Source: Bacteroidetes bacterium HGW-Bacteroidetes-2 (GTDB lineage Bacteria > Bacteroidota > Bacteroidia > Flavobacteriales > Flavobacteriaceae). Taken from it: 64,000 nucleotides of DNA. Shown here in pieces: positions 10,091 through 20,094 of this stretch (the first letter of the stretch is position 1; each line of letters begins with the position of its first letter). The translations under genes and the position numbers were made by a program. The notes beneath the pieces are model-generated. The model was not told the origin of the DNA. It saw nothing but the letters and a program-made list of their open reading frames with translations, and did not search any database. The stretch is from NCBI GenBank assembly GCA_002842575.1, contig PHDJ01000013.1, positions 18,830 to 82,829 of the forward strand. Reading direction: 5' to 3'.

Positions 10091-11311
10091 ATCAAATATT
10101 CAGAAACCATTGCGTGGCTTTTTTCTCAATTACCTATGTACCAACGTGTAGGCGCTATTGCTTTTAAAAAAGATTTAAATAATACCATCGCTCTAACTAA
10201 TTATTTAGGTAATCCAGAGAAGGATTTTAAAAGTATCCACGTAGCAGGAACAAATGGAAAGGGCTCTGTATCGCATATGCTAGCATCTGTGCTACAAGAT
10301 GCAGGATACCAAGTTGGTTTATACACTTCCCCTCATTTAAAAGATTTTAGAGAGCGTATTCGAATTAATGGAAAACCAATCTCCCAAAGAGAAGTTATTA
10401 ATTTCGTAAAAGAACACAAGCCTTTTTTTGAAACACATGCCCTTTCTTTTTTTGAAATGACCGTAGGTTTAGCTTTTCAATCCTTCAGTAATCATAAAGT
10501 AGATATTGCCATCATAGAAGTTGGTTTAGGTGGAAGATTAGACAGCACGAATGTAATTACTCCTGAAATTTCAGTAATTACAAACATAGGAAAAGACCAC
10601 ACACAATTTTTAGGCACCACCCTAGCAGAAATTGCATGGGAAAAAGCTGGAATTATAAAAACGAATATTCCTGTAGTAATAGGAGAATCACAAATAGAAA
10701 CAAAACCTGTTTTCGAAAAAATAGCAGAAGAAAAATTTGCACCTATCATTTTTGCGGAAAATATACCAGTAAAAAAATATGTTTTAGATTTATTAGGAAG
10801 CTACCAAGAAAAAAATTACAAAACTGCCGTTGTAGCCATAAACACATTAACGCAATATAGTAACTTTACAATAGCAGAGAGCAATATTGAAAATGGGTTA
10901 AAACGTGTAGCAAAAAATACAGGATTACAAGGAAGATGGCAAATATTAAACAAATTCCCAAAAGTAATTTGTGATACAGCACACAATGCCGAAGGTTTGC
11001 AATATGTATCAAAACAGCTGCAAGAAGAGTGGTATATAAAACTTCATATGGTATTAGGAGTGGTAGCCGATAAAGATTTAGAAGCCATTTTACCAATGTT
11101 TCCCAAAAAAGCAATTTATTATTTTTGCAAACCAAACATACCAAGAGGTTTAGATGCTTCTGTTTTAATGCAAAAAGCTATGCCATTTGGGTTGAAGGGA
11201 AATTTTTATCCCTCCGTTCAAGACGCTTTTAGTGCGGCTTTAAAAGCTGCAAAAGTTCCGGATGTAATTTTTATAGGAGGCAGTACCTTTGTTGTAGCAG
11301 AAATAATTTAA
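10091..11311 (+). CDS. folC: Folylpolyglutamate synthase / dihydrofolate synthase; proposed start ATC at 10091 (ORF track starts at ATG 10136)
   Basis: HVAGTNGKGS, YTSPHL, EVGLGGRLDSTN, EKAGI, DTAHN and GSTFVV motifs. The in-frame upstream sequence reads IKYSETIAWLFSQLP-MYQ, resembling the usual N-terminal helix. Confidence 0.92.
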   Translation: MKYSETIAWLFSQLPMYQRVGAIAFKKDLNNTIALTNYLGNPEKDFKSIHVAGTNGKGSVSHMLASVLQDAGYQVGLYTSPHLKDFRERIRINGKPISQREVINFVKEHKPFFETHALSFFEMTVGLAFQSFSNHKVDIAIIEVGLGGRLDSTNVITPEISVITNIGKDHTQFLGTTLAEIAWEKAGIIKTNIPVVIGESQIETKPVFEKIAEEKFAPIIFAENIPVKKYVLDLLGSYQEKNYKTAVVAINTLTQYSNFTIAESNIENGLKRVAKNTGLQGRWQILNKFPKVICDTAHNAEGLQYVSKQLQEEWYIKLHMVLGVVADKDLEAILPMFPKKAIYYFCKPNIPRGLDASVLMQKAMPFGLKGNFYPSVQDAFSAALKAAKVPDVIFIGGSTFVVAEII

Positions 11312-11352
11312 TTTTTATTCATCTTTTTTTTGTTCTTAAAGAAAAAGTCCTC

Positions 11353-11360
11353 TATATTTG
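11353..11360 (+). promoter_or_regulatory. -7 promoter element (TATATTTG) of tRNA-Val
   Basis: TAnnTTTG match 20 nt upstream of the tRNA 5' end. Confidence 0.75.
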
Positions 11361-11380
11361 CATCCGCTTAATCAAAGAGC

Positions 11381-11455
11381 GGGCGATTAGCTCAGCTGGT
11401 TCAGAGCACCTCGTTTACACCGAGGGGGTCGGGGGTTCGAACCCCTCATCGCCCA
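11381..11455 (+). tRNA. tRNA-Val (anticodon TAC)
   Basis: Acceptor stem GGGCGAT/ATCGCCC, D arm AGCTCAGCTGGTTCAGAGC, anticodon arm CCTCG-TTTACAC-CGAGG, T arm GGGGGTTCGAACCCC, discriminator A. CCA is not encoded. Confidence 0.97.
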
Positions 11456-11460
11456 CAAAA

Positions 11461-11494
11461 AAAATCCCCAAAGAAATTTTCTTTGGGGATTTTT
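11461..11494 (+). terminator. Rho-independent terminator after tRNA-Val
   Basis: AAAATCCCCAAAGAAA-T-TTTCTTTGGGGATTTT inverted repeat followed by T's. Confidence 0.8.
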
Positions 11495-11508
11495 ATATTT
11501 AGAAATAG

Positions 11509-11727
11509 ATGTATTTTTTCACTTACATAATTTATTCAAAGACTTTAGATGGGTATTATATTGGCTCAACAAAGGATGTTCCTCAACGAGTAGAGGAGCA
11601 TATTTATTCTACACAAGGATTTACCTCAAAGGCAAAAGATTGAGAGATAAAAAAGGTTGAATCTTATTTTAGCCATAAAAAGAGAGATGTTTTTACATTA
11701 AACTTTAAAGAATTACAAAATCTCTAA
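11509..11727 (+). pseudogene. GIY-YIG nuclease (UPF0213/YhbQ-like) pseudogene
   Basis: My translation: MYFFTYIIYSKTLDGYYIGSTKDVPQRVEEHIYSTQGFTSKAKD*EIKKVESY... It has the YIIY...YYIGST...R..EH...GFTSKAKD[W] pattern, with TGA at 11641-11643 where Trp is expected. The C-terminal part does not resemble the family. Confidence 0.8.
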
Positions 11728-12999
11728 TAAACGTTCTAATGCCATTCCTCGAGAACCTTTTATTAAAATAGAACAATTGCTAAATTTTTGAGAAAACAAG
11801 GCGTTTTTAGCGTCTTCAAAACTTTCAACTTTTGTTGCAATCGTTTTGTTAATAATCGTTTTGAAAAAGTTTTTTCCAATAAAATAAACTACATCAAAGT
11901 TTTTGCTTGAAATTAAATCTACGATATTTTGGTGTTCTTTTTCAGCATCTTTACCCAACTCAAACATATCGCCTATGAGGAGCACTTTTTTTGTAGCTAC
12001 CAATTGTTCAAAATTTTCTATAGCTGCCTTCATGCTACTCGGATTGGCATTGTAGGCATCTAAAAGTATGGTGTTGCCATTTTTGTTTATAATTTGTGAT
12101 CTGTTGTTATTTGGGGTGTAGTTTTCTATTCCTCTTTTAATAGCTTCCTTAGGCACTTTAAAATAGGTGCCAATAGCAATTGCTGCAGCGATATTTGAAA
12201 AATTATAGGTGCCAATTAGATAACTTTCTATTTTTAATTCTGAAAATTTTAATTTTACAAAAGGATTAGCTCCAATAAATTCTACTAATACATTACTATT
12301 TGCGTCTTTATTTCCAAAGGAAAAGCATTGGATAGATTTTGATTTTTCTAGTTGTATAGGATCATTAGCATTAATAAATACAATTTTATGGTCTGCTTTT
12401 ATATAGCGATAAAGTTCCGTTTTTGCTTCAATAACTCTTTCTATACTTCCAAACCCTTCTAAATGTGCTTTGCCAAAGTTTGTGATATATCCAAAATCAG
12501 GATTTGCAATATGGCATAAAAAGTTAATTTCGGTGGGATGATTTGCGCCCATTTCCACAATGCCAATTTCTGTTTCAGAATTCATTGTCAACAAAGTAAG
12601 TGGCACACCAATGTGGTTGTTTAGATTTCCTAAGGTTGCTATTGTGTTGTATTTTTCTGAAAGCACAGAATGTATTAATTCTTTTGTGGTTGTTTTTCCA
12701 TTGCTGCCTGTTAATGCAATAATGGGAATACCTAAATAGTTTCTATGAAATTTTGCTAATTCTTGTAATGTTTTCAAGGTATCTTTAACAAGAATAGTTT
12801 TTTTGTTGTTTAGATCAAATTCAGCGTTATCGATTATTGCGAACGAAGCACCCTGCTCTAATGCTTTTGAAGCAAAGGTATTGCCGTCAAATGTATCTCC
12901 TTTTAGGGCGAAAAAAATATCGCCTTTTTTTACTTTTCTGGTGTCGCTGCAAATTTTTGGATGTTTTAAAAAAAGCGCGTGTAGCTGTTTTATTGTCAT
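11713..12999 (-). CDS. murF: UDP-N-acetylmuramoyl-tripeptide--D-alanyl-D-alanine ligase
   Basis: ALTGSNGKTTTKE, GNLNNHIGVP, VEMGANH, DAYNANPSSM, GDMFELG and KGSRGMALE motifs. Start placed at MTIKQL (12999) rather than the track's 13026. Confidence 0.95.
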   Translation of the reverse strand: MTIKQLHALFLKHPKICSDTRKVKKGDIFFALKGDTFDGNTFASKALEQGASFAIIDNAEFDLNNKKTILVKDTLKTLQELAKFHRNYLGIPIIALTGSNGKTTTKELIHSVLSEKYNTIATLGNLNNHIGVPLTLLTMNSETEIGIVEMGANHPTEINFLCHIANPDFGYITNFGKAHLEGFGSIERVIEAKTELYRYIKADHKIVFINANDPIQLEKSKSIQCFSFGNKDANSNVLVEFIGANPFVKLKFSELKIESYLIGTYNFSNIAAAIAIGTYFKVPKEAIKRGIENYTPNNNRSQIINKNGNTILLDAYNANPSSMKAAIENFEQLVATKKVLLIGDMFELGKDAEKEHQNIVDLISSKNFDVVYFIGKNFFKTIINKTIATKVESFEDAKNALFSQKFSNCSILIKGSRGMALERLLEIL

Positions 13000-13012
13000 A
13001 AAATAAAGGTAT

Positions 13013-13044
13013 AAAAAAAGCCCCAATTTTTTGGAGCTTTTTTT
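13013..13044. terminator. Terminator-like hairpin between gldJ and murF
   Basis: AAAAAAAGCCCCAA...TTGGAGCTTTTTTT imperfect inverted repeat with A/T tails. Confidence 0.55.
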
Positions 13045-13062
13045 ATATCAAAAATCAATAAA

Positions 13063-14736
13063 TTAGTTTCTAGGTCTTTTTCCGGTTTGTGATTTAGAAC
13101 CTACTCTAGACATTGCATTTCTAAACCCAATATAGTCTGTAGCCATATCTTGAGGAAAATAACGTCTTTGTGCAGGGTCTAGCCAATAATTCCTATCTCT
13201 CCAAGAGCCTCCTTTAAAAACTCTAACTTGATCGTTTATTAGAGTTGTTCTGTTGTTTGCTTGGTCATACTGACGGTCTAAATTTCCTATACTATCTGTT
13301 TCTACAGAATGTTTAGGTGAATTATACATTTTACTTGTAGTAGATGCTTCTTCGTCCTCAAACTCATTAAAAGATTGAAATGTTCTTGTAGATCTTTTAT
13401 CTCCATCTCTGTAGTTTCTATTGTCACTATCAGAAAAATTAGTTCTTAAATAAGTGTCTTTGTCGTCAACTGGGACTTGAAGAATTTCTCCTGGCAGGTT
13501 TCTTGCTACAATTTTACCATTACTTAAGGTGTCATAAACGATGTTTTCAGAGGTTACAATTTGTACTTTACCATCTTCGCCTATTGCGTTTTTAGTGTAC
13601 ACATTTCCACGGAAATAGTTAAAATCATTGAATTGGTCGTCTATTATTGGTCTATAGACATCTGCAACCCATTCCGCTACATTACCTGCCATATCGTATA
13701 AACCAAAATCGTTTGGTTCATAGGATTTTACTTCTGCGGTAATATCAGCACCATCATCGCTCCATCCTGCAATTCCTCCATAATCTCCTTTTCCTTGTTT
13801 AAAGTTGGCCAATTGATCTCCTCTGCTTCTTCGTTTTCCAGATCGGGTGTATTGACCATCCCAAGGATATTTTTTCTTACCTCTATATACATTATAACTT
13901 CGTAAACTTCCAAGACCAAGAGCAGCATATTCCCACTCGGCTTCTGTGGGAAGGCGATAATCAGGAAGTAAAAGACCATCTTTTAATTGTACATATAATC
14001 CGGTGCTATCACGGCCAACCTTTCTTTCTGAGGTTTTTCCGCCTTGTGTAATTTCAGAATTACCACCGTAAGCATTTTCAGGAGTATTTAAATAGGTATA
14101 GGTATTAAAGGTTGTGTTTGCATCTACATCGGTAATGCGAGCACCTCTTTTTGTAAAACCTTCTGTTTCAAGGATAATTTCATTTACTCTGTCTGTTCTC
14201 CATTTAGAAAATTCAACGGCTTGAATCCAGCTAACACCTACTACAGGGTATAGTGCATATGCAGGATGACGAAGGTAATTGTTTGTCATAACCTCATTAA
14301 AGCCTAATCGATTTCTCCAAACAAGGGTGTCTGGAAGGACGCCTTCGTATATTTTTCGATAGTTTTCATTTTCAACAGGGAAAACTTTTTTTGTCCAATC
14401 TAAGTATTCTAAATACATTAGATTAGTAACTTCTGTTTCATCCATGTAAAAGGATTGAACGTGTTGTTGTGTTGGGGTATTATTCCAATCGTGCATAGGG
14501 TCGTCTTGAACGCGTCCCATAGTGAAGGTTCCTCCCTCTACAAAAACAAGACCTGGCCCGGTTTCTTGTTCTTTTGCTTTAGGATTGTACTGAAATCCAC
14601 CATCTTTGTCGTTTAGTTTCCATCCGGTGGCTCTAGAACTATCTTTGTAGTCTCTAGTTTTATTACAACTAAAAAAAGAAGTGCTTATTATAGCAACTAC
14701 TAGTAATTTTATTACTAAGGTTTTTTTCATATTCAT
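13063..14736 (-). CDS. gldJ: Gliding motility lipoprotein GldJ
   Basis: Lipobox FFSC, FGE-sulfatase-like motifs (FYMDETEVTN, YRLPTEAEWEYAA, GLYDMAGNVAEW, KGGSW). Position between murF and porU is typical. Confidence 0.92.
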   Translation of the reverse strand: MNMKKTLVIKLLVVAIISTSFFSCNKTRDYKDSSRATGWKLNDKDGGFQYNPKAKEQETGPGLVFVEGGTFTMGRVQDDPMHDWNNTPTQQHVQSFYMDETEVTNLMYLEYLDWTKKVFPVENENYRKIYEGVLPDTLVWRNRLGFNEVMTNNYLRHPAYALYPVVGVSWIQAVEFSKWRTDRVNEIILETEGFTKRGARITDVDANTTFNTYTYLNTPENAYGGNSEITQGGKTSERKVGRDSTGLYVQLKDGLLLPDYRLPTEAEWEYAALGLGSLRSYNVYRGKKKYPWDGQYTRSGKRRSRGDQLANFKQGKGDYGGIAGWSDDGADITAEVKSYEPNDFGLYDMAGNVAEWVADVYRPIIDDQFNDFNYFRGNVYTKNAIGEDGKVQIVTSENIVYDTLSNGKIVARNLPGEILQVPVDDKDTYLRTNFSDSDNRNYRDGDKRSTRTFQSFNEFEDEEASTTSKMYNSPKHSVETDSIGNLDRQYDQANNRTTLINDQVRVFKGGSWRDRNYWLDPAQRRYFPQDMATDYIGFRNAMSRVGSKSQTGKRPRN

Positions 14737-14945
14737 GGCTTCTGTTAAGAAAATGTTGGGCTTGCAATATAGTAATTAACGATAAAATTGCAATAATATT
14801 TTAACTATTAAATATAACGTTAGAAGATTGCCTTCAAACTTTTGCAAATTAACGTAAAATTTATTTTATTATTACAAAAAATTTTTTTTACTAAAGTGAA
14901 ATGATTTTTATAATAAGTGTACTAATGACACGTTAAGACTAAACA

Positions 14946-17900
14946 ATGATGAGAAATCTTTTACTTTGCGTTTTTTTATTTTCCTTTTTGTTTGTTTCGG
15001 GTCAAACAAGGCGTGTACAATTGGATTGGGGGAAATCTTCACAAAAATTATCCACTTTAGTTTCTTCTCAAAAACCTAAAGCGCTGGAAACCAATCTATT
15101 TTTTATCCTAGAGGAAAACAAATATGTAGAACAATGGGTAGATAATAGTTTTGCAAATCCTTCATCCATAAAGCTTTCTAATATAGTTTTTGAAACAGTT
15201 TCTGCAAATGACCTAATAGGAATGGAGGTTTCTTTAATACCTAAAGAAGTTAAATACTCTATTTCAAGTAATCTAGGAAGAGATATTATTTATACATCGC
15301 TTACTTTTACTCCTGTAATTTCCCAAAATGGAATTTACAAAAAAGTGATGTCGTTTGATGTTGCTTACACAAAAAATCTTCAAAATAATAATAGAAGCAT
15401 TGGTCTTTCTAATTCTGTTTTAGCAACTGGAAGTTGGTTTCGTTTTAAAGTAGAAAAAACGGGCATTCACCGAATAGATAGAAATTTTTTAAACAGTTTA
15501 GGGATAAATTCTGGGAATATAGACCCCCGAAAAATTAAAATTTATGGAAACGGAGGTAATATGCTTTTGCTTAGAAATAGTGAAAACACAGAATTTGACC
15601 TTACAGAAAATGCAATACAAGTAATAGGCGAGCAAGATGGGTCTTTCGATCCAGGCGATTTTATACTTTTTTATGGTGAAACCCAGCAATTTAATAAAGA
15701 CAGTAACACGCATATTAACTTATATGATGATAATGCATATTATTATATTACTGCTGATGGTGAAAACGGAAAACGTATTTCGCTTTACAATGAACCTTCG
15801 GGCGCAGCAACTACCATAATAACACAATTTAATGACTACCAATATCATGAAATTGACGATGCAAATCCTGCACTAGTTGGCAGAAGGTGGTTTGGAAATC
15901 GATTTGATATAAATAACGAACAAAGTTTTGAATTTTCCTTTCCAAACATTATTTCTGGACAACCAATGCAATTTAAGCTTTTTGCAATTGCAGCTTCTGA
16001 AATATTAACCTCTATGACAGTATCTGTTAATGGACAGCTGCAAATTCTACCTAATTTTGGTGCTACTAGTAATATTAATTTAGCCTCAGGCAGAAGTATA
16101 GTGAGTGAAATTAATGCTACTTCAGAAACAGTTACTGTTGATTTAAACTATAATAATGGAGGTAATCCATCAGGCATTGCTTTTTTAGATTATATAAGTA
16201 TTAATGCATTAAGACAGCTTTCGGGTACAGATGGTCAATTGCCATTTAAATATGATGCTTCAGCTACTCTTAGTGGCATTGGGGAATATCAAATAAATAA
16301 TGCAGCACAATTTTCAGAGGTTTGGGATGTTACAAATTCTGGTACAATTACAACTGTTCTTAATGAAAATGCTTCAAACATAATTGCATTTAAAGCTCAA
16401 CTAGGAGATCTTAGAAAGTATGTTGCTTTAAATCCATCTGATTTTTATCAGCCAATAAAAACAAACCAGTCTCGTATTACAAATCAAAATTTAAAAGGAA
16501 CTATTTTTTTAAATGAGCAAGGCAATTTTCAAGACATTGACTATTTAATTATTACACCACCTTTTTTATTACAAGCCGCATTGCGTTTAGCAAACCATCA
16601 TAAAAATTCTTCTGGTATGCGGGTAAAAGTTGTAACTACAGATAAAATTTATACTGAGTTTAGCACTGGTAAACAAGATATTGCTGCAATACGAAATTTT
16701 GTCAAATATATTTATGACAATGCTTCCTCAGAGAGTAACAAACTAAAATACCTATGCCTTTTTGGTGACACCTCAGTAGATTATAAAAATAGAATTCAAG
16801 GAAATAATAACATAGTACCAACCTACCATCAATACAGTGATATTGTTCTTTCTAGTTTAAACACCTATATGTCTGATGATTTTTACGGTATGATGGATGC
16901 TAATGAAGGTGCAATGGGCTCTTCTGACAGACTTGATATTGCTATAGGTCGTATAATTACAGACAAAGTTACTCAAGCAAATGCCTTGGTAGATAAGGTA
17001 ATTAATTATTTATCACCAGTGTCTTTTGGAAACTGGAGAAATAATTTTGTACTCATTTCAGATGATGCCGATAATTTAAGTGATTCTAATTTACAATTTA
17101 AGTTAGATCAATTAGGAGATGAAATCGGCGCACAAAAACCCTCAGTAAACATCATAAAAATACATTCTGATGCATTCCAACAAGAAACTTCTTCAGGAGG
17201 TAATCGGTATCCAAAAGCTACCGAAGCTATCAATGACGCCATAGAAGTAGGAGCATTAGTAATGAATTATTTTGGACACGGAGGTGAAGATGGTCTTGCA
17301 AAAGAATTTATTGTAACAAAAGGTAGCGTACAAAGCTTAAAAAATAAAAATAGATACCCCCTTTTTGTAACCGTTACTTGTGAGTATAGTCGTTTTGACA
17401 ATCCATTACGCCCAACAGCGGGTGAATTTACTTATTGGAATAAAGAAGGTGGCGCTATTGCATTAATTTCTACAACCAGGTCTATAGGAGTAACTTTGGG
17501 AAGAGAGTTTAACGACACACTTGCCTCTAATTTGTATGCCTTTGGATCCTCTAACTTCATCCCACCAGCAGAAGCAGTAAGAAGAACTAAAAACATTATT
17601 AATAATGAAATACGAAGAGTTATCTTTTATATAGGTGACCCAGCAATGCCTCTAGGCTTCCCTAAACAAGAAGTTCGATTAACTACCTTAAATGGTGTGC
17701 CAATAGGTCAAGCCACAGATACATTAAAAGCCTTAAGCAAAGTAAAATTCGGAGGAGAAGTAGTAAATCAAAATGGCAATATTATCTCTGGTTATAATGG
17801 CATTTTAGAAGCAAAAGTATTTGATAAACGTGTGCAGAGGCAAACTCTTGGTAATGATGATGTTAGAGATGTTGACAATAATTTGATTATAATGAATTTT

Positions 17901-18767
17901 GAAACCCTAGGGGAAGGGCTATTTAATGGACAAGCATCTGTAACAAATGGCCTTTTTGAATTTGAATTTGTGGTGCCAAGAGATATAGCTATACCTGTAG
18001 GAACAGGAAGAGTAAGCCTTTATTCTAAAAAAAATCAAGCACTGGAAGATCATGCAGGTGCTAATGAAACCATACTTATAGGAGGATTAAATGAAAATGC
18101 CCCCGAAGATAATATTGGCCCACAAATACGTCTGTTTTTGAATGACGAAAGTTTTGTTTCTGGAGGCATTACAAATAATTCACCCATATTAATAGCAAAA
18201 TTGGAAGACGACAATGGTATTAATACAGCTAGCGGAATAGGGCATGATATTGTAGCAATTATAGATGGCGATGAAGCAAATCCTTTTGTTTTAAACGATT
18301 ATTACTTGGCTGAAGTTGATGATTTTACCAAAGGCTCTTTAAATTACCGTTTAAGAGATTTAGAAGTTGGATTACACACCCTAACACTAAAAGCTTGGGA
18401 CGTATATAACAATTCAGCAACTACCGACATTCAATTTGTAGTAGCAGGCAGTGATGAAATAAAAATAGAAAGAGTTTTAAATTACCCCAACCCATTTGTA
18501 AATTATACCGAATTTTGGTTTAACCATAACCGCCCTTTTGAGCCACTGGAAGTACAAGTTCAGGTTTTTACCGTTACTGGAAAAATTGTCTGGACAAAAA
18601 ATCAAATCATCCTTACGGAAGGATTTTTATCTCGCGACATCGTTTGGGATGGGAAAGACGATTTTGGTGATCGCATAGGAAAAGGGGTATATGTATATAA
18701 GTTAACCGTAAAATCAACGTTAACAAACAAGAAAGTTGAAAAATTTGAAAAATTAGTTATCCTATAA
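14946..18767 (+). CDS. porU: T9SS sortase PorU (peptidase C25 family)
   Basis: 1273 aa. Gingipain-like core with YFGHGGEDGLA (His) and VTCEYSRFD (Cys), C-terminal NYPNPF CTD, directly upstream of porV. Confidence 0.93.
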   Translation: MMRNLLLCVFLFSFLFVSGQTRRVQLDWGKSSQKLSTLVSSQKPKALETNLFFILEENKYVEQWVDNSFANPSSIKLSNIVFETVSANDLIGMEVSLIPKEVKYSISSNLGRDIIYTSLTFTPVISQNGIYKKVMSFDVAYTKNLQNNNRSIGLSNSVLATGSWFRFKVEKTGIHRIDRNFLNSLGINSGNIDPRKIKIYGNGGNMLLLRNSENTEFDLTENAIQVIGEQDGSFDPGDFILFYGETQQFNKDSNTHINLYDDNAYYYITADGENGKRISLYNEPSGAATTIITQFNDYQYHEIDDANPALVGRRWFGNRFDINNEQSFEFSFPNIISGQPMQFKLFAIAASEILTSMTVSVNGQLQILPNFGATSNINLASGRSIVSEINATSETVTVDLNYNNGGNPSGIAFLDYISINALRQLSGTDGQLPFKYDASATLSGIGEYQINNAAQFSEVWDVTNSGTITTVLNENASNIIAFKAQLGDLRKYVALNPSDFYQPIKTNQSRITNQNLKGTIFLNEQGNFQDIDYLIITPPFLLQAALRLANHHKNSSGMRVKVVTTDKIYTEFSTGKQDIAAIRNFVKYIYDNASSESNKLKYLCLFGDTSVDYKNRIQGNNNIVPTYHQYSDIVLSSLNTYMSDDFYGMMDANEGAMGSSDRLDIAIGRIITDKVTQANALVDKVINYLSPVSFGNWRNNFVLISDDADNLSDSNLQFKLDQLGDEIGAQKPSVNIIKIHSDAFQQETSSGGNRYPKATEAINDAIEVGALVMNYFGHGGEDGLAKEFIVTKGSVQSLKNKNRYPLFVTVTCEYSRFDNPLRPTAGEFTYWNKEGGAIALISTTRSIGVTLGREFNDTLASNLYAFGSSNFIPPAEAVRRTKNIINNEIRRVIFYIGDPAMPLGFPKQEVRLTTLNGVPIGQATDTLKALSKVKFGGEVVNQNGNIISGYNGILEAKVFDKRVQRQTLGNDDVRDVDNNLIIMNFETLGEGLFNGQASVTNGLFEFEFVVPRDIAIPVGTGRVSLYSKKNQALEDHAGANETILIGGLNENAPEDNIGPQIRLFLNDESFVSGGITNNSPILIAKLEDDNGINTASGIGHDIVAIIDGDEANPFVLNDYYLAEVDDFTKGSLNYRLRDLEVGLHTLTLKAWDVYNNSATTDIQFVVAGSDEIKIERVLNYPNPFVNYTEFWFNHNRPFEPLEVQVQVFTVTGKIVWTKNQIILTEGFLSRDIVWDGKDDFGDRIGKGVYVYKLTVKSTLTNKKVEKFEKLVIL

Positions 18768-18802
18768 AAATTAAATTTATATTTGTCCAAAATTAATATT
18801 TT

Positions 18803-19951
18803 ATGAAGAGAATCATAATTTCCGCATTATTAGTAATGATAGCTATTAATAGTAAAGCTCAAGAAGAGGGTGAAAGAAGAGTAATTACAACCGCTGTGCC
18901 ATTTGTGCTTATAGCTGCAGATGCAAGAGCAGCGGGTATGGGAGACATGGGAGTTGCCACTTCTGTGGATGCTTTTTCACAACAGTGGAATCCCGCTAAA
19001 TACGCCTTTTCTGAAACCAAACAAGGTATAGGGGTTACTTATACACCTTATTTAAGTCAGTTAGTAAACGATATTTTTTTAGGAAATGTAACCTACTTTA
19101 ACCGAATTAACGAGCGTAGCGCTATAGGCGCAAGTTTTAAATATTTTAGTTTAGGCGATATAGAATTAAGAGACACTGCTGAACAAATACCACTTATACA
19201 AAGCCCAAATGAATTAACAGTGGATGTTTCATATTCACTTAGGCTAAGTGAGCGTTTTTCTATGGCAATTGCTGGCCGCTATTTACGTTCTGATTTAAAG
19301 CTACAAGTATCTGATGAAGATGCAACCGCAGGAAACTCTTTTGCAGTAGATATTGCAGGATATTACCAAAGTGAAGAAGTTACCTACAATGATTTTGACG
19401 GAAGATGGCGTGGTGGTTTTAATATTTCTAACATTGGTCCAAAAATTAAATACGATGAAGTAGGTCAGGAAAACTTTCTTCCCACAAACCTTCGGCTTGG
19501 TGGCGGATTTGATTTTCTTTTAGATGCTTATAATAGAGTAGGAGTAACAGCTGAGGTGAATAAACTTTTAGTGCCAACACCACCCGTAAGAGATCAGGAT
19601 GGAAATATCATTAGAGGAGAAGATGACGATGTAACCTTCTTTAAGGGTATATTTCAATCTTTTGGCGATGCTCCCGATGGTTTTAAAGAGGAACTAAAAG
19701 AGTTTACTTGGGCCTTAGGAGTAGAATATGTATATCAGGATTCATTTTCACTTAGAACAGGATATTTTAATGAAAGTGATTTAAAAGGTTCCAGAAAATT
19801 TGCATCTCTTGGTGCTGGATTTAAATATACTTCTATCAACATTGATATTTCCTATTTATTTTCAACATCAAAAGTTAGAAGTCCTTTAGAAGGTACTTTA
19901 AGATTTGGATTAACCTTCAACTTTGGAGACGAAGCATACTCTGAATATTAG
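18803..19951 (+). CDS. porV: T9SS outer-membrane channel/shuttle PorV
   Basis: ITTAVPFVLIAADARAAGMGD, QQWNPAKYAF and YTPYL motifs; beta-barrel ending in FNF. Confidence 0.93.
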   Translation: MKRIIISALLVMIAINSKAQEEGERRVITTAVPFVLIAADARAAGMGDMGVATSVDAFSQQWNPAKYAFSETKQGIGVTYTPYLSQLVNDIFLGNVTYFNRINERSAIGASFKYFSLGDIELRDTAEQIPLIQSPNELTVDVSYSLRLSERFSMAIAGRYLRSDLKLQVSDEDATAGNSFAVDIAGYYQSEEVTYNDFDGRWRGGFNISNIGPKIKYDEVGQENFLPTNLRLGGGFDFLLDAYNRVGVTAEVNKLLVPTPPVRDQDGNIIRGEDDDVTFFKGIFQSFGDAPDGFKEELKEFTWALGVEYVYQDSFSLRTGYFNESDLKGSRKFASLGAGFKYTSINIDISYLFSTSKVRSPLEGTLRFGLTFNFGDEAYSEY

Positions 19952-19970
19952 TACAAAATAAAATACCAAT

Positions 19971-20011
19971 AAAAAATCCTGTCCCAATACGTTATTCGGA
20001 TGGGATTTTTT
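19971..20011 (+). terminator. Rho-independent terminator after porV
   Basis: AAAAAATCCTGTCC...GGATGGGATTTTTT stem with G-U pairs and a T tail. Confidence 0.65.
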
Positions 20012-20094
20012 ATCTAATTTAAGTTTATCTTTATGGTATTGTAAAACCCAAAGCATTAATAGTTTACATACATTTTTAAAAAATAATAATACCC

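Noticed and set aside
11641-11643. TGA at a Trp position in the GIY-YIG relic, suggesting TGA=Trp recoding
   Set aside because: All intact genes are open under code 11 and use TGG for Trp. The in-frame TGA in the DoxX relic is at a probable Arg position. Simple nonsense mutations explain both.
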